A stretch of DNA of 64,000 nt from NCBI GenBank assembly GCA_965238225.1, contig OZ250183.1, forward strand, positions 384,001 through 448,000, read 5' to 3'. A program made the translations under genes and the position numbers. Each line of letters opens with the position of its first letter. Within the stretch, counting starts at the first letter, position 1. A model generated the notes under the pieces. That model was not told the DNA's origin, searched no databases, and saw only the letters and a list, made by a program, of their open reading frames with translations. The DNA comes from Gammaproteobacteria bacterium (GTDB lineage Bacteria; Pseudomonadota; Gammaproteobacteria; Eutrophobiales; Eutrophobiaceae). Positions 1 to 9,564 of the stretch are shown here, piece after piece.

Positions 1-192
1 TCATATAAATGGCAAGGCAGAACAGGTTTTGTCCATCATGCCATTTTTGAGGATATCAAAGATGTAGCAGGCTACGAAGTCTATACTTGTGGCCCACCCC
101 CTATGGTTCATGCCGTCCTAGATTCATTTGTAAAAAAAGGCTTGTCCGTAGAATTTATTCATTCCGATTCGTTCGAATTCGCCTCAAGTTGA
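1..192 (+). CDS. C-terminus of a ferredoxin-reductase-like NAD(P)H:flavin oxidoreductase (Fre / CDP-6-deoxy-delta-3,4-glucoseen reductase family), 5'-truncated by the window
   Basis: Frame 1 reads SYKWQGRTGFVHHAIFEDIKDVAGYEVYTCGPPPMVHAVLDSFVKKGLSVEFIHSDSFEFASS*; the WxGRTGxVH and YxCGPPxMV motifs are typical of the NAD-binding domain. Not in the ORF track. Confidence 0.8.
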   Translation, partial: SYKWQGRTGFVHHAIFEDIKDVAGYEVYTCGPPPMVHAVLDSFVKKGLSVEFIHSDSFEFASS

Positions 193-254
193 TTAGCACT
201 CGGTTTTGTTTTCAGGGTATTTATAATGAACGTTTATTCTATTATTATTCGTCT

Positions 255-962
255 TTATTTATTATTCTTTAGACCTTTTTCCATTCCGTCTATTTGCTCT
301 TGAATATCATGTAACTTATCTAAAACACCATCAATAGCGTTGGAAACTGGATCTGGCATGTCTGCGGCAGCATAGGCATCAAAGTCAATATTCTCCACAA
401 GCTCACGTTTGGTTTTTCTTTTATTGCTTGTGACGATGTGCCCAGGAATACCAACGACTGTAGATGCTATTGGCACATTCTTAACGACGACTGAATTGGA
501 ACCAATATGCGATCCTTTTCCAATCGTAATTGGTCCCAGTATTTTTGCACCAGCACCAACGATAACATCATCTTCTAAAGTTGGATGGCGTTTGCCTTTG
601 TTCCATGTAGTGCCGCCGAGCGTAACGCCATGATAGATCGAACAGTTGTTTCCGATTTCTGCGGTTTCACCAATGACAATTCCCATGCCGTGATCAATGA
701 AAAAACGTTGACCGATAGTTACACTAGGGTGAATTTCGATGCCGGTTAAAAAACGAGAAAAATATGCCGATACACGGGCAAGTAAATAAAGTTTATTTTT
801 CCAAAACCAGTGATTTAAACGATGCATTAATATCGCATGCAAACCTGGGCTGGTCGCCAAGGTTTCTATGACCGTGCGCGCAGCCGGGTCGCGTTCAGAA
901 ACAACCTTGATATCTTCTTTTATTGTATGAAACATATTCTTAATATGTCGGGCTAGTTTCAC
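255..962 (-). CDS. cysE: Serine O-acetyltransferase
   Basis: [43 protein letters not shown] motifs; alternative start at 935. Confidence 0.95.
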   Translation of the reverse strand: MKLARHIKNMFHTIKEDIKVVSERDPAARTVIETLATSPGLHAILMHRLNHWFWKNKLYLLARVSAYFSRFLTGIEIHPSVTIGQRFFIDHGMGIVIGETAEIGNNCSIYHGVTLGGTTWNKGKRHPTLEDDVIVGAGAKILGPITIGKGSHIGSNSVVVKNVPIASTVVGIPGHIVTSNKRKTKRELVENIDFDAYAAADMPDPVSNAIDGVLDKLHDIQEQIDGMEKGLKNNK

Positions 963-3802
963 TGGTTTAATTTATGAGTGCGTTGATATTGTTCTGTTAG
1001 CTTTTTCAAAGCGAGATTATTTTCTTCCAGTCGTTTGCGTTCTTTTTCAACGATATCCTGTGGTGCACGATTAATGAAGTTTTCATTCTTCAGCTTTTTG
1101 GCAATGCTGTCGCTATTTTTTTGCAATTTTTCCAGATCTTTTTCCAATCTGGCAAGTTCTGCCTGCGGATCTATTAAATTAGCCAAAGGCACTAATAAGG
1201 TCATCTGGCCTGCCAGCGAAATTACTACATCATCGGGCACTTCGTCAATTGTTGTGATGGATTCAACGCGCCCGATTTCTTTCATATAAAGTGTATTTTG
1301 GTTCAACCATGCCTGCTCTTCCTGTGAACCGCCCTTGACTTTGACCGCCAATGATTTGCGTGGGTCAATGTCTCGCTCAGAACGAATGCGCCGCACACCA
1401 GTGATAAATAATTTTATCCATTCAAGTTCATGTTCAGCATCTTTATCAATTTTCACTTCATCAGGTTCAGGGTATGGCTGAAGCATAATGGTGTCACCCG
1501 ATTTACCAGCCAAAGGCGCAATACGTTGCCAGCATTCTTCAGTGATAAATGGAATGATGGGATGGTTCAATCTAAGTATCTCCTCCAGTACGCATGCTAG
1601 TGTTTGACGGGTGCCTCGCTGGGTTTGTTTAGATGTGTTTTTGTCAAACAATACGGGCTTAGATAATTCCAGATACCAGTCACAGTAGTCTTCCCAAACA
1701 AACGTATATAATTCATGTGCCAGTAAATCAAAACGCGAGGCCTCAATATGTTTTTTGGCTCGGTCTTTAAGGTGTTGAAGTTTTGAAATAATCCAACGGT
1801 CAGCCAGAGATAGTTTAATATCATCATTATTGATACCGGTATCCTTATCTTGCGTTTGCATTAGTACATAGCGTGTTGCATTCCATAATTTATTACAGAA
1901 GTTGCGATAACCTTCAATACGACTGATACTAAAAACAATATCTCGTCCAGTAGTAGCAAGAGATGCCAAGGTAAAACGCAGTGCATCACAGCCAAAAGCT
2001 GGAATACCTGCAGAGAAATTTTCCCTAGTGATTTTCTCAATACGTTCGACCATGTGTTGTTGCATTACATCTTGAGTACGTTTGTTAACCAGTGTTTCGA
2101 GGTCAGTACCATCGATTATATCAATCGGATCAAGGATATTGCCTTTGGATTTAGACATTTTCTGACCTTCAGAGTCACGTACTAACCCATGCACATAGAC
2201 TTCGCGAAATGGGACATCGCCTATAAATTTGATACCCATCATAATCATGCGCGCAACCCAGAAGAAAATAATGTCAAAGCCTGTCACCAATACGGTGCTT
2301 GGGTAGTATTTCTCTAGTTCTGGTGTTTTTTTCGGCCAACCTAATGTTGAAAATGGCCACAAGGCAGAAGAGAACCAAGTATCAAGCACATCTTCATCCT
2401 GAGTTAATAAAAAATCGTCTGGCAATTTGTGTTTCTTTCTAACATCATCAATATCATAACCAACATAAACATTGCCGATCTCGTCATACCATGCGGGGAT
2501 TCGATGTCCCCACCAGATTTGTCGGGAGATACACCAGTCTTCAATATTATTCATCCAGTCAAAATAGGTATTTTTCCAATTATCCGGAGTAAATTTAATT
2601 GCACCATTTTTAACTGCTGCAATTGCCGGTTTTGCCAAAGGCGCGACTTTTACGTACCACTGGGGTGTGAGATACGGTTCAATGATGCTCCCTGAGCGAT
2701 CACCACGTGGCACCATCAGTTTGTGGCTATCTATTTTTTCAATTAAATCGGCTGCTTCAAGGTCAGCAACAATTTGTTTACGAGCTTCGAAGCGATCCAG
2801 ACCTATGTATTTTTCAGGGACAATGTTGTGTATATCTTCGCTGTTATCACGAATCTCGGCATTGTGTGTAAAAATATTGATTAAACCACCGTTCGGAAGC
2901 TCATGAATGTCTGTTATATTCTTATGGCGATTCCAAACTTGATAATCGTTGAAATCATGCGCTGGTGTTATTTTTACACAGCCAGTACCGAATTCTGGAT
3001 CTACATGTTCATCCGCAATCACTGGTATTTTGCGACCAGTTAATGGCAGCTCTAGAAATTCACCAAGCAGGGATGAATAACGATCATCTGTAGGATGAAT
3101 GGCAACCGCGCAGTCACCTAGCAGGGTTTCAGGTCGGGTAGTTGCCACCACAATATGTCCAGTACCATCACTGCGTGGGTAGCGCATATGCCACATATGC
3201 CCGTTTTCTTCTTTGGATAAAACTTCTAAATCAGAAACTGCAGTATGTAAAACAGGATCCCAGTTTACCAGACGTTTGCCGCGATAGATTAAGCCCTCAT
3301 CATGGAGACGTACGAATACTTCGTTTACTGCAGTCGATAGCCCTGCATCCATGGTAAAGCATTCACGCGACCAGTCCAGCGACGTACCCATGCGACGTAA
3401 CTGCTGGGTGATAGTGTTGCCGGATTCTTCTTTCCATTGCCAGACACGTTCAATAAATTTTTCGCGACCGCAATCGTGGTGAGTTTTACCTTCTAAGTTA
3501 AGCAGTTGCTCCACTACCATTTGCGTTGCAATGCCAGCATGATCAGTACCTGCTTGCCATAGACTGTTTTTACCTTTCATGCGGTAGTAGCGGGTCATCG
3601 CATCCATGATGGTGTCCTGAAAAGCATGTCCCATATGTAAACGACCAGTGATATTTGGCGGTGGTAGCATGACGCAGAAGTTTCCACGATCCTTGTCATT
3701 GTGTGAATCATCAGGGTGTTTATCTATATTAAAATAACCGTTTTCTTCCCAGAATTGGTACCATCTGGTTTCTATAGATTGCGGGTTGTAGGTTTTTTCC
3801 AT
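959..3802 (-). CDS. valS: Valine--tRNA ligase
   Basis: [13 protein letters not shown] (HIGH-like), [21 protein letters not shown]-terminal coiled coil. Confidence 0.99.
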   Translation of the reverse strand: MEKTYNPQSIETRWYQFWEENGYFNIDKHPDDSHNDKDRGNFCVMLPPPNITGRLHMGHAFQDTIMDAMTRYYRMKGKNSLWQAGTDHAGIATQMVVEQLLNLEGKTHHDCGREKFIERVWQWKEESGNTITQQLRRMGTSLDWSRECFTMDAGLSTAVNEVFVRLHDEGLIYRGKRLVNWDPVLHTAVSDLEVLSKEENGHMWHMRYPRSDGTGHIVVATTRPETLLGDCAVAIHPTDDRYSSLLGEFLELPLTGRKIPVIADEHVDPEFGTGCVKITPAHDFNDYQVWNRHKNITDIHELPNGGLINIFTHNAEIRDNSEDIHNIVPEKYIGLDRFEARKQIVADLEAADLIEKIDSHKLMVPRGDRSGSIIEPYLTPQWYVKVAPLAKPAIAAVKNGAIKFTPDNWKNTYFDWMNNIEDWCISRQIWWGHRIPAWYDEIGNVYVGYDIDDVRKKHKLPDDFLLTQDEDVLDTWFSSALWPFSTLGWPKKTPELEKYYPSTVLVTGFDIIFFWVARMIMMGIKFIGDVPFREVYVHGLVRDSEGQKMSKSKGNILDPIDIIDGTDLETLVNKRTQDVMQQHMVERIEKITRENFSAGIPAFGCDALRFTLASLATTGRDIVFSISRIEGYRNFCNKLWNATRYVLMQTQDKDTGINNDDIKLSLADRWIISKLQHLKDRAKKHIEASRFDLLAHELYTFVWEDYCDWYLELSKPVLFDKNTSKQTQRGTRQTLACVLEEILRLNHPIIPFITEECWQRIAPLAGKSGDTIMLQPYPEPDEVKIDKDAEHELEWIKLFITGVRRIRSERDIDPRKSLAVKVKGGSQEEQAWLNQNTLYMKEIGRVESITTIDEVPDDVVISLAGQMTLLVPLANLIDPQAELARLEKDLEKLQKNSDSIAKKLKNENFINRAPQDIVEKERKRLEENNLALKKLTEQYQRTHKLNQ

Positions 3803-3958
3803 TTTTTATTTGATTCTGTTGTGATCTATAGAAATTATTCTCTCTCGTTTTATGCTTGCCATGAAAGACGAGAATTATGCCCTGTTTGATAGAGAAATAA
3901 AGGCATTGCGATGTGATTTCAATCAATTTTAATAATGCAGTTCTTGCTACTTAAAGAA

Positions 3959-4387
3959 TTATTTTGGGGTCTTATCCAAGAGGTTTATTTCAGAGGCAGA
4001 CCCTAGTTTTATTTGAGCTGCCTCTTTTTTTAAATCCTCTTTTAGTTCATTAATAATGCTGTTCTTAATCGTGTTTTTAAAGATATCTACAAGGGAATCA
4101 AGTTCACTCAATAGTTTTCGATCAACTGTATCCACCAGCTCATTCAATCTTTCAAAGTGAATATCTTCATTGTTATTAATTGTGATTTTTGGCGTTACAG
4201 GTGATTTGCCTTTGGTATATTTTTCTACTTCGTCAGGGTTTACTATGTCATTTAGCACCGGTGTACCTTTATGAGATTTTGACAGGATCTCGGTCTTTGT
4301 GATTAGACTCTCTAATTCGCCAATAGATTCGCCGATGTTAGTTTTGGTGTTGTTTGTATTATTTTGTTTATCTTCAGCCATTATCAA
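3959..4387 (-). CDS. Hypothetical protein between holC and valS (charged, helical C-terminus)
   Basis: 142-aa ORF overlapping the holC stop; PVLNDIV motif; likely ATG start at 4381. Confidence 0.7.
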   Translation of the reverse strand: MIMAEDKQNNTNNTKTNIGESIGELESLITKTEILSKSHKGTPVLNDIVNPDEVEKYTKGKSPVTPKITINNNEDIHFERLNELVDTVDRKLLSELDSLVDIFKNTIKNSIINELKEDLKKEAAQIKLGSASEINLLDKTPK

Positions 4388-4827
4388 GATTCTATCTTGT
4401 GGTTACTTAATTCGTATCCTTTACCACGATACTCAGCGTAACGTTTGCGAGCATGTTGTCGTTCGCTCTCGCTGCCTGCAACAATTTCTAATATCCTTTT
4501 TAATGTGTTTGTATTTCGTGGCATTTTATCAGTCAGGTTGAGCATGATTTCAGTATGATCCGGTATTTTATTATTTATCTCATTATCGTAATAGATAATG
4601 ATGGGAGAATTTTTAGCGGCATCATCCAAGGCAAGACAATGCGGGAGAAAACTGATGTCTTTAAATGTCCACAATAAATCATCTAATGTGGCAGCCTCAT
4701 CTTTTGTGCGCGTCTTCACAAAAATATTATTTCCCTGTTTCCATGCCTTCTGGATCAGGGCACAGGCAAAATGTTGTTTCTCTGTATTTTCAGGGAGTAT
4801 ATAAAAATCTACCGTAGGAATATCCAC
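4384..4827 (-). CDS. holC: DNA polymerase III subunit chi
   Basis: VDFYIL, LDDLLWTF..SFLPH, ARKRYAEYRGKGY; pepA-holC-valS synteny. Confidence 0.95.
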   Translation of the reverse strand: MDIPTVDFYILPENTEKQHFACALIQKAWKQGNNIFVKTRTKDEAATLDDLLWTFKDISFLPHCLALDDAAKNSPIIIYYDNEINNKIPDHTEIMLNLTDKMPRNTNTLKRILEIVAGSESERQHARKRYAEYRGKGYELSNHKIES

Positions 4828-4847
4828 CTGAGCTATTTCGCTAAACT

Positions 4848-6341
4848 TTATTTATTACATCGATCAATTAAATATTGCACCAGCATCGGAACAGGCCTGC
4901 CTGTAGCACCTTTATCCTTTCCAGATAGCCAGGCTGTGCCGGCAATATCAATATGCGCCCATTTGAATTTTTTAGTAAATCGCGAGAGAAAACAGGCAGC
5001 AGTAATGGTACCAGCTTCTCGACCACCAACATTGGCAATATCTGCAAATGGACTATCGATCTGGTTTTGATATTCTTCCCAAAGGGGTAAACGCCAAGTA
5101 CGGTCTCCGGTATTCTCTCCAGCATCAAGAATATCTTCAGCCAAAGGGTCATGATTGCTGAACAAAGCTGAGGCATGTTTTCCCAGCGCAATGACACAGG
5201 CACCTGTCAGTGTTGCGATATCAATGACGGTTGCAGGATTAAATTTTTCACTATAGGTCAGTGCATCACAGAGGATTAGACGACCTTCTGCGTCTGTATT
5301 TAGGATTTCTATGGTTTGTCCAGACATGCTGGTATAAATATCACCTGGCCTAGTTGCTTCACCACCTGGCATGTTCTCAACCGTGGGTACAACACCGACG
5401 ACATTGATGGGCAGACCCATCTCAGAAACCGCCTTAATTGCACCAAAGACACTGGCCGCGCCACACATGTCGTATTTCATTTCATCCATGGCGGCGGATG
5501 GTTTGATTGAAATGCCGCCTGTGTCAAAGGTGACACCTTTACCAACCAACACAAAGGGCTTTTCAGTTTTTTTAGCACCTTTATATTCCATACTGATAAG
5601 TTTTGCAGGTTGGCGACTGCCTTGAGAGACAGACAGCAATGAACCCATACCAAGTTTCTTCATAGCAGCTTCGCTAAGTACGGTTACCTTGACTGACTTT
5701 TGTGATTTACCAAGTTTTTTTGCCTGATTTGCTAGATAAGAAGGTGTGCAGATATTAGGAGGCAAATTGGCAAGGTCGCGAGCGAGCGTTACACCATGAG
5801 AAATAGCAATTCCATCTAATACCGCACGTTTAGCCGTGACTACATATTTACGATGAGAGACAATCAACTCAAATTTTTTGAGTTTATTTTTTGTTCGCTT
5901 GTTTTTGCTTTTTAGTCGGTTAAATTTGTATAAAGTGCTTTGACTTATTTCAACAAATTGTCTTAATTTCCAGTAATTATCTCTATTTTTGACGTTTAAC
6001 TCTGAGAGATAAGAGACTGCTTCTGTAGCGCCAGTTAGCTTCAATGCATTAATCGCACTGATGACGATTTGACGATAATGGCTTTCATGTAGTTCCTTTT
6101 CTTTGCCACAACCTATAAGTAAAAGCCTGTCTGATAAGATCTTTGGAACATTATGCAATAAAAGTGATTGGCCTATCCTTCCATTCATGTCTCCACGCTT
6201 TAAGATATTTGAAAGATATTTTTTACTTACAGCATCAATAGCCGCACCTGCCTTTGAAAGGCAATTTGATTCAAAGACACCAATAACAACACAGGCTGCA
6301 CGTTGTTTTTCTGGAGCGCTGGTTTTGATTGTGAAGTCCAT
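4848..6341 (-). CDS. pepA: Leucyl aminopeptidase (M17)
   Basis: VGKGVTFDTGGISIKP, MKYDMCG, NTDAEGRL, WAHIDIAGT. Confidence 0.98.
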   Translation of the reverse strand: MDFTIKTSAPEKQRAACVVIGVFESNCLSKAGAAIDAVSKKYLSNILKRGDMNGRIGQSLLLHNVPKILSDRLLLIGCGKEKELHESHYRQIVISAINALKLTGATEAVSYLSELNVKNRDNYWKLRQFVEISQSTLYKFNRLKSKNKRTKNKLKKFELIVSHRKYVVTAKRAVLDGIAISHGVTLARDLANLPPNICTPSYLANQAKKLGKSQKSVKVTVLSEAAMKKLGMGSLLSVSQGSRQPAKLISMEYKGAKKTEKPFVLVGKGVTFDTGGISIKPSAAMDEMKYDMCGAASVFGAIKAVSEMGLPINVVGVVPTVENMPGGEATRPGDIYTSMSGQTIEILNTDAEGRLILCDALTYSEKFNPATVIDIATLTGACVIALGKHASALFSNHDPLAEDILDAGENTGDRTWRLPLWEEYQNQIDSPFADIANVGGREAGTITAACFLSRFTKKFKWAHIDIAGTAWLSGKDKGATGRPVPMLVQYLIDRCNK

Positions 6342-6523
6342 AAATTCCTCTTGTGTGTAAGTTATTGTTTCTGTTGGCTTAATTGATTAAATGCTTGTTG
6401 ACTCAGTATGCTAGTATTGACTTTTACATTTGCCAACTTGTCTGGTTGTCAGTTTGCCCATTATATGCCAATGAACGTAAAAACGCTTAGATATTCCAAA
6501 ACCACGCTCATGGGGCATGAATA

Positions 6524-7630
6524 TTGATTATCAGAAAATATATCCATAAAGAAATTGTGCAGCGGGCTTTGTGGGTGTTGGGACTGCTGTTTTTGATCTA
6601 TTCAAGCGATAAATTTGTTGATTATTTGGCTGCTGCTGCTGGTGGTGAAATTTCCGCTTCCCTAGTCTTTGATTTGCTCTGGTTGAAGCTGGTTTCAGTG
6701 TTGCCAGAATTACTGCCACCTGCCATCTTTCTTGCTGTAATTCTTACCTATTCTCGACTGGTTAGTGATAATGAAATGGTGATTTTATTATCTTCCGGAA
6801 TGAGTAGATTTGCGCAATTGAGGATAGTGTTTTCACTTGTTGTCCCTGTTTGTATTTTTGTTGCGGGTATATCGTTTTTTGTTGCGCCATGGGCAGAAGT
6901 AAGACTGCAAGAGCTAAAAAATCAAGCCATACAAGAAGCCAATATTACCGGGATTGTTGCAGGACAATTCAAAGAATCTAGCAAGGGAGACCGAGTTGTT
7001 TATGTTGAGTCTCTCTCTAATGATAAGACAACTATGAAAAATATTTTTTTGCAGACAAGGCAGCATGGAAAGCTTGGCATACTCACATCAGATAAAGCCA
7101 TTTTAGAATTGGATAAAGAAAGCGGGCATCGCTATATCAAATTCGAAAATGGTCGTCATTATGTCGGGGTACCTGGTGAGACTGATTATAAAATAACAGA
7201 ATATAAGACCTATACGATATTAATAGAGTCTATTGATGCACCATCAAAGCTTAGCAATAGACTAGAGTCTCTACCAACGACTACCTTGTTATTTTCAGAT
7301 GTTTCCAGATACAAAGCAGAATTACAGTGGAGAGTTTCTGCAGTTTTTTCATCTCTGTTGCTATCATTACTTGCAGTATTACTAAGCCAATTACCCATAG
7401 GCGCACAACGTTATATCTTGATACTTATTTCGATGTTGACTTATTTTATTTATAGCAGTTTTCTGGGTGTTTCCAAATCATTATTAGAACGCGATAAGAT
7501 TCCTGCAATCATAGGTTTATGGTGGGTTCATATCTTATTAATCATTATCATGCTGCTCCTTTATTTTTTGCCTCAAATAAAACACCGACTAAGGCGAAGT
7601 AATGACCTGCAGGTATTACAGAATAGCTAA
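6524..7630 (+). CDS. lptF: LPS export ABC transporter permease LptF
   Basis: YjgP/Q-type membrane protein (RLVSDNEMVIL, ELQWR, GLWWVH), divergent from pepA; TTG start. Confidence 0.92.
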   Translation: MIIRKYIHKEIVQRALWVLGLLFLIYSSDKFVDYLAAAAGGEISASLVFDLLWLKLVSVLPELLPPAIFLAVILTYSRLVSDNEMVILLSSGMSRFAQLRIVFSLVVPVCIFVAGISFFVAPWAEVRLQELKNQAIQEANITGIVAGQFKESSKGDRVVYVESLSNDKTTMKNIFLQTRQHGKLGILTSDKAILELDKESGHRYIKFENGRHYVGVPGETDYKITEYKTYTILIESIDAPSKLSNRLESLPTTTLLFSDVSRYKAELQWRVSAVFSSLLLSLLAVLLSQLPIGAQRYILILISMLTYFIYSSFLGVSKSLLERDKIPAIIGLWWVHILLIIIMLLLYFLPQIKHRLRRSNDLQVLQNS

Positions 7631-8694
7631 TGAAAATACTTGATCGCTATATTGCATTGACTTTGATTAGAGTAACCTTGTTGGTGTTGTTTTCTTTGGT
7701 ACTTCTATTTTCTGTTTCTGCGCTGGTTGCTCAGCTGGATGCAACGGGTCGGGGGAATTACGGCGTTTGGCAGGCATTCGTTTATGTGTTTTTGACAATG
7801 CCCAGATTGTCTTTTGAGTTATTTCCCATTGCTACTGCAATAGGCAGCATGGCGACACTCGGAATGTTTGTTAAAAGCAGCGAGCTGGTAGTGATTGAAA
7901 TATCAGGTATTTCACAGCTAAGGTTTGCCGGTGCATTATGTAAAGGCGCTGTAGTTCTTATTTTTATCTCCTTGTTCATCGGTGAGATTATTTCTCCTTA
8001 TACCGAGGAAACTGCTAAATATATACGCTCTTTAGCTTTGTCAGAACAGCCTATTTTAAAAACAAAATACGGATTTTGGTCTAAAGACGGTCAGAGTTTT
8101 ATTAACATTCGCAATATTTTGCCCGGCAACAAGGTCGACGGTATTTACATTTATGAATTTGATAATGACAATAAATTGCGTACCAGCACTTTTGCCAAAC
8201 GCGCTTGGTATAATGACGAACATTGGGTGCTTGAAGATATTAAGCAGACAGAGATTAACGATGAAGGTGTTAATGTTCATCAAATGAGTCGCGCTACATG
8301 GGAGGCGCTATTAAGTCCGGATATAATTAATCTGGTTATTATCAAACCTCAGTTTCTATCATTCATTGGTCTTTATGAGTACATCAGTTATTTGAAAATA
8401 AATGGCCGAAATAGTGTGATGTATGAGCAGGCGATTTGGTCAAAGATAATTAATCCATTGACTATTTTGGCGATGGTGCTTGTAGCTATTCCAATGGTTA
8501 AAAGTCATTCAAGAACGATAGCGATTGGACAACGTGTTTTTTTCGGGTGTCTGATTGGAATTATTTTTCATATCATTAATCAGATTGCCAGCTACATGGG
8601 GATCATCTATAATTTAAATCCCGCCTTGAGCGCCATGTCTCCAACCTTACTCATGTTGTGTGTGATCGCATGGCTTATGCAAAAGCCAACGTGA
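7630..8694 (+). CDS. lptG: LPS export ABC transporter permease LptG
   Basis: MKILDRYI start, SELVVI, GFWSKDG; coupled to lptF. Confidence 0.92.
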   Translation: MKILDRYIALTLIRVTLLVLFSLVLLFSVSALVAQLDATGRGNYGVWQAFVYVFLTMPRLSFELFPIATAIGSMATLGMFVKSSELVVIEISGISQLRFAGALCKGAVVLIFISLFIGEIISPYTEETAKYIRSLALSEQPILKTKYGFWSKDGQSFINIRNILPGNKVDGIYIYEFDNDNKLRTSTFAKRAWYNDEHWVLEDIKQTEINDEGVNVHQMSRATWEALLSPDIINLVIIKPQFLSFIGLYEYISYLKINGRNSVMYEQAIWSKIINPLTILAMVLVAIPMVKSHSRTIAIGQRVFFGCLIGIIFHIINQIASYMGIIYNLNPALSAMSPTLLMLCVIAWLMQKPT

Positions 8695-8749
8695 AACTGA
8701 AACAAACTTAATTTTCGCATAATATCAAAGACAGAGTTGGTGAAAAACC

Positions 8750-8810
8750 CTCTAACTAATCACTACAGCAGACGGGCAAACTTGCCCGTTCTCTGAGTTT
8801 TGTGTTTTAC
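8750..8810 (+). other. Degenerate attC-like integron cassette recombination site; its hairpin could also act as the lptFG terminator
   Basis: CTCTAAC-TAATC-ACTACAG ... ACGGGCAA-AC-TTGCCCGT ... CTGAGT-TTTGT-GTTTTAC: R''/L''/L'/R' layout with an extra base in L''; R' deviates from GTTRRRY. Confidence 0.5.
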
Positions 8811-9052
8811 TACGCGCCTCGCAATTTGTGTGACGTTAAGGTGTCAGTTTTAACAATTGTTACATCAGTAATGATGTTATGTTTCGCCTCATGTAATCTT
8901 AAAAATAAATCCATTAGAGGTATGTGAATATAATAGTTGGAGCGACTTGTTTTGTGTTTTTGCAGAAGACCTGCCTCAGTTAATTGATTAAGATATTTTG
9001 TTGCAGTGATACGTGACACTTGCAAATCTCTCTCAAGGTATTCAATCTTGAT
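8810..9052 (-). pseudogene. C-terminal HTH remnant of a Fic-family protein
   Basis: IKIEYLERDLQVSRITATKYLNQLTEAGLLQKHKTSRSNYYIHIPLMDLF resembles the C-terminal HTH of Fic/DOC proteins; an in-frame TAA at 9053-9055 lies directly upstream; no Fic HPFxxGNGR motif. Confidence 0.7.
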
Positions 9053-9057
9053 TTATC

Positions 9058-9144
9058 TATATGTGTCAATACAACATGTATATGAAATAGCATTATCTAT
9101 ACATCAAGACAGCTAATGTATAAAAATTATAAAAATCTATATAT
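9058..9144. promoter_or_regulatory. Array of palindromic operator-like sites (ATGTATA-N15-TATACAT) with a 40-nt period
   Basis: Pairs at 9076-82/9098-104 and 9116-22/9138-44, plus an orphan half-site at 9058-64; TTGACA on the minus strand at 9069-9064. Confidence 0.55.
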
Positions 9145-9313
9145 ATTTGCCGCTATGCCCTTAGGCGCACTGTTTTTTTGGTGGGCGTAGTGATATTGAC
9201 CATAACCACCCCCTAAATTAGCATCTTAGGCTTCTGACTGTGGACGCAAAACTACTACAAATGACTAAATCGTGCGCTAGCAGCACATAAAGCTCTAATA
9301 CTTCTAGGCTTTG

Positions 9314-9389
9314 TGGTGCTCCCTACGAGACTCGAACTCGTGTTTCCGGCGTGAGAGGCCAGCGTCCTAGACCACTAGACGAAGGGAGC
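9314..9389 (-). tRNA. tRNA-Glu (anticodon CTC)
   Basis: GCTCCCTTCGTCTAGTGGTCTAGGACGCTGGCCTCTCACGCCGGAAACACGAGTTCGAGTCTCGTAGGGAGCACCA; 76 nt, cloverleaf, encoded CCA. Confidence 0.96.
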
Positions 9390-9564
9390 AGGCGACCTCA
9401 ATCAATGTAAGGCACTGCGATAATATCAGGTGTAGGTGTTATTATATCGATAGTATGGATGATTAATTTGCACAAACATTTAAGATTACATAGAATTATT
9501 GCATAGTCTAAGGGCATATCTGCAAGGTATACTTTAAAGGCAATTCTCTAAGCTATTTCTATTT

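Noticed and set aside
9152-9204. Short minus-strand ORF MVNITTPTKKTVRLRA as an integrase N-terminus
   Set aside because: Too short and without a diagnostic motif.
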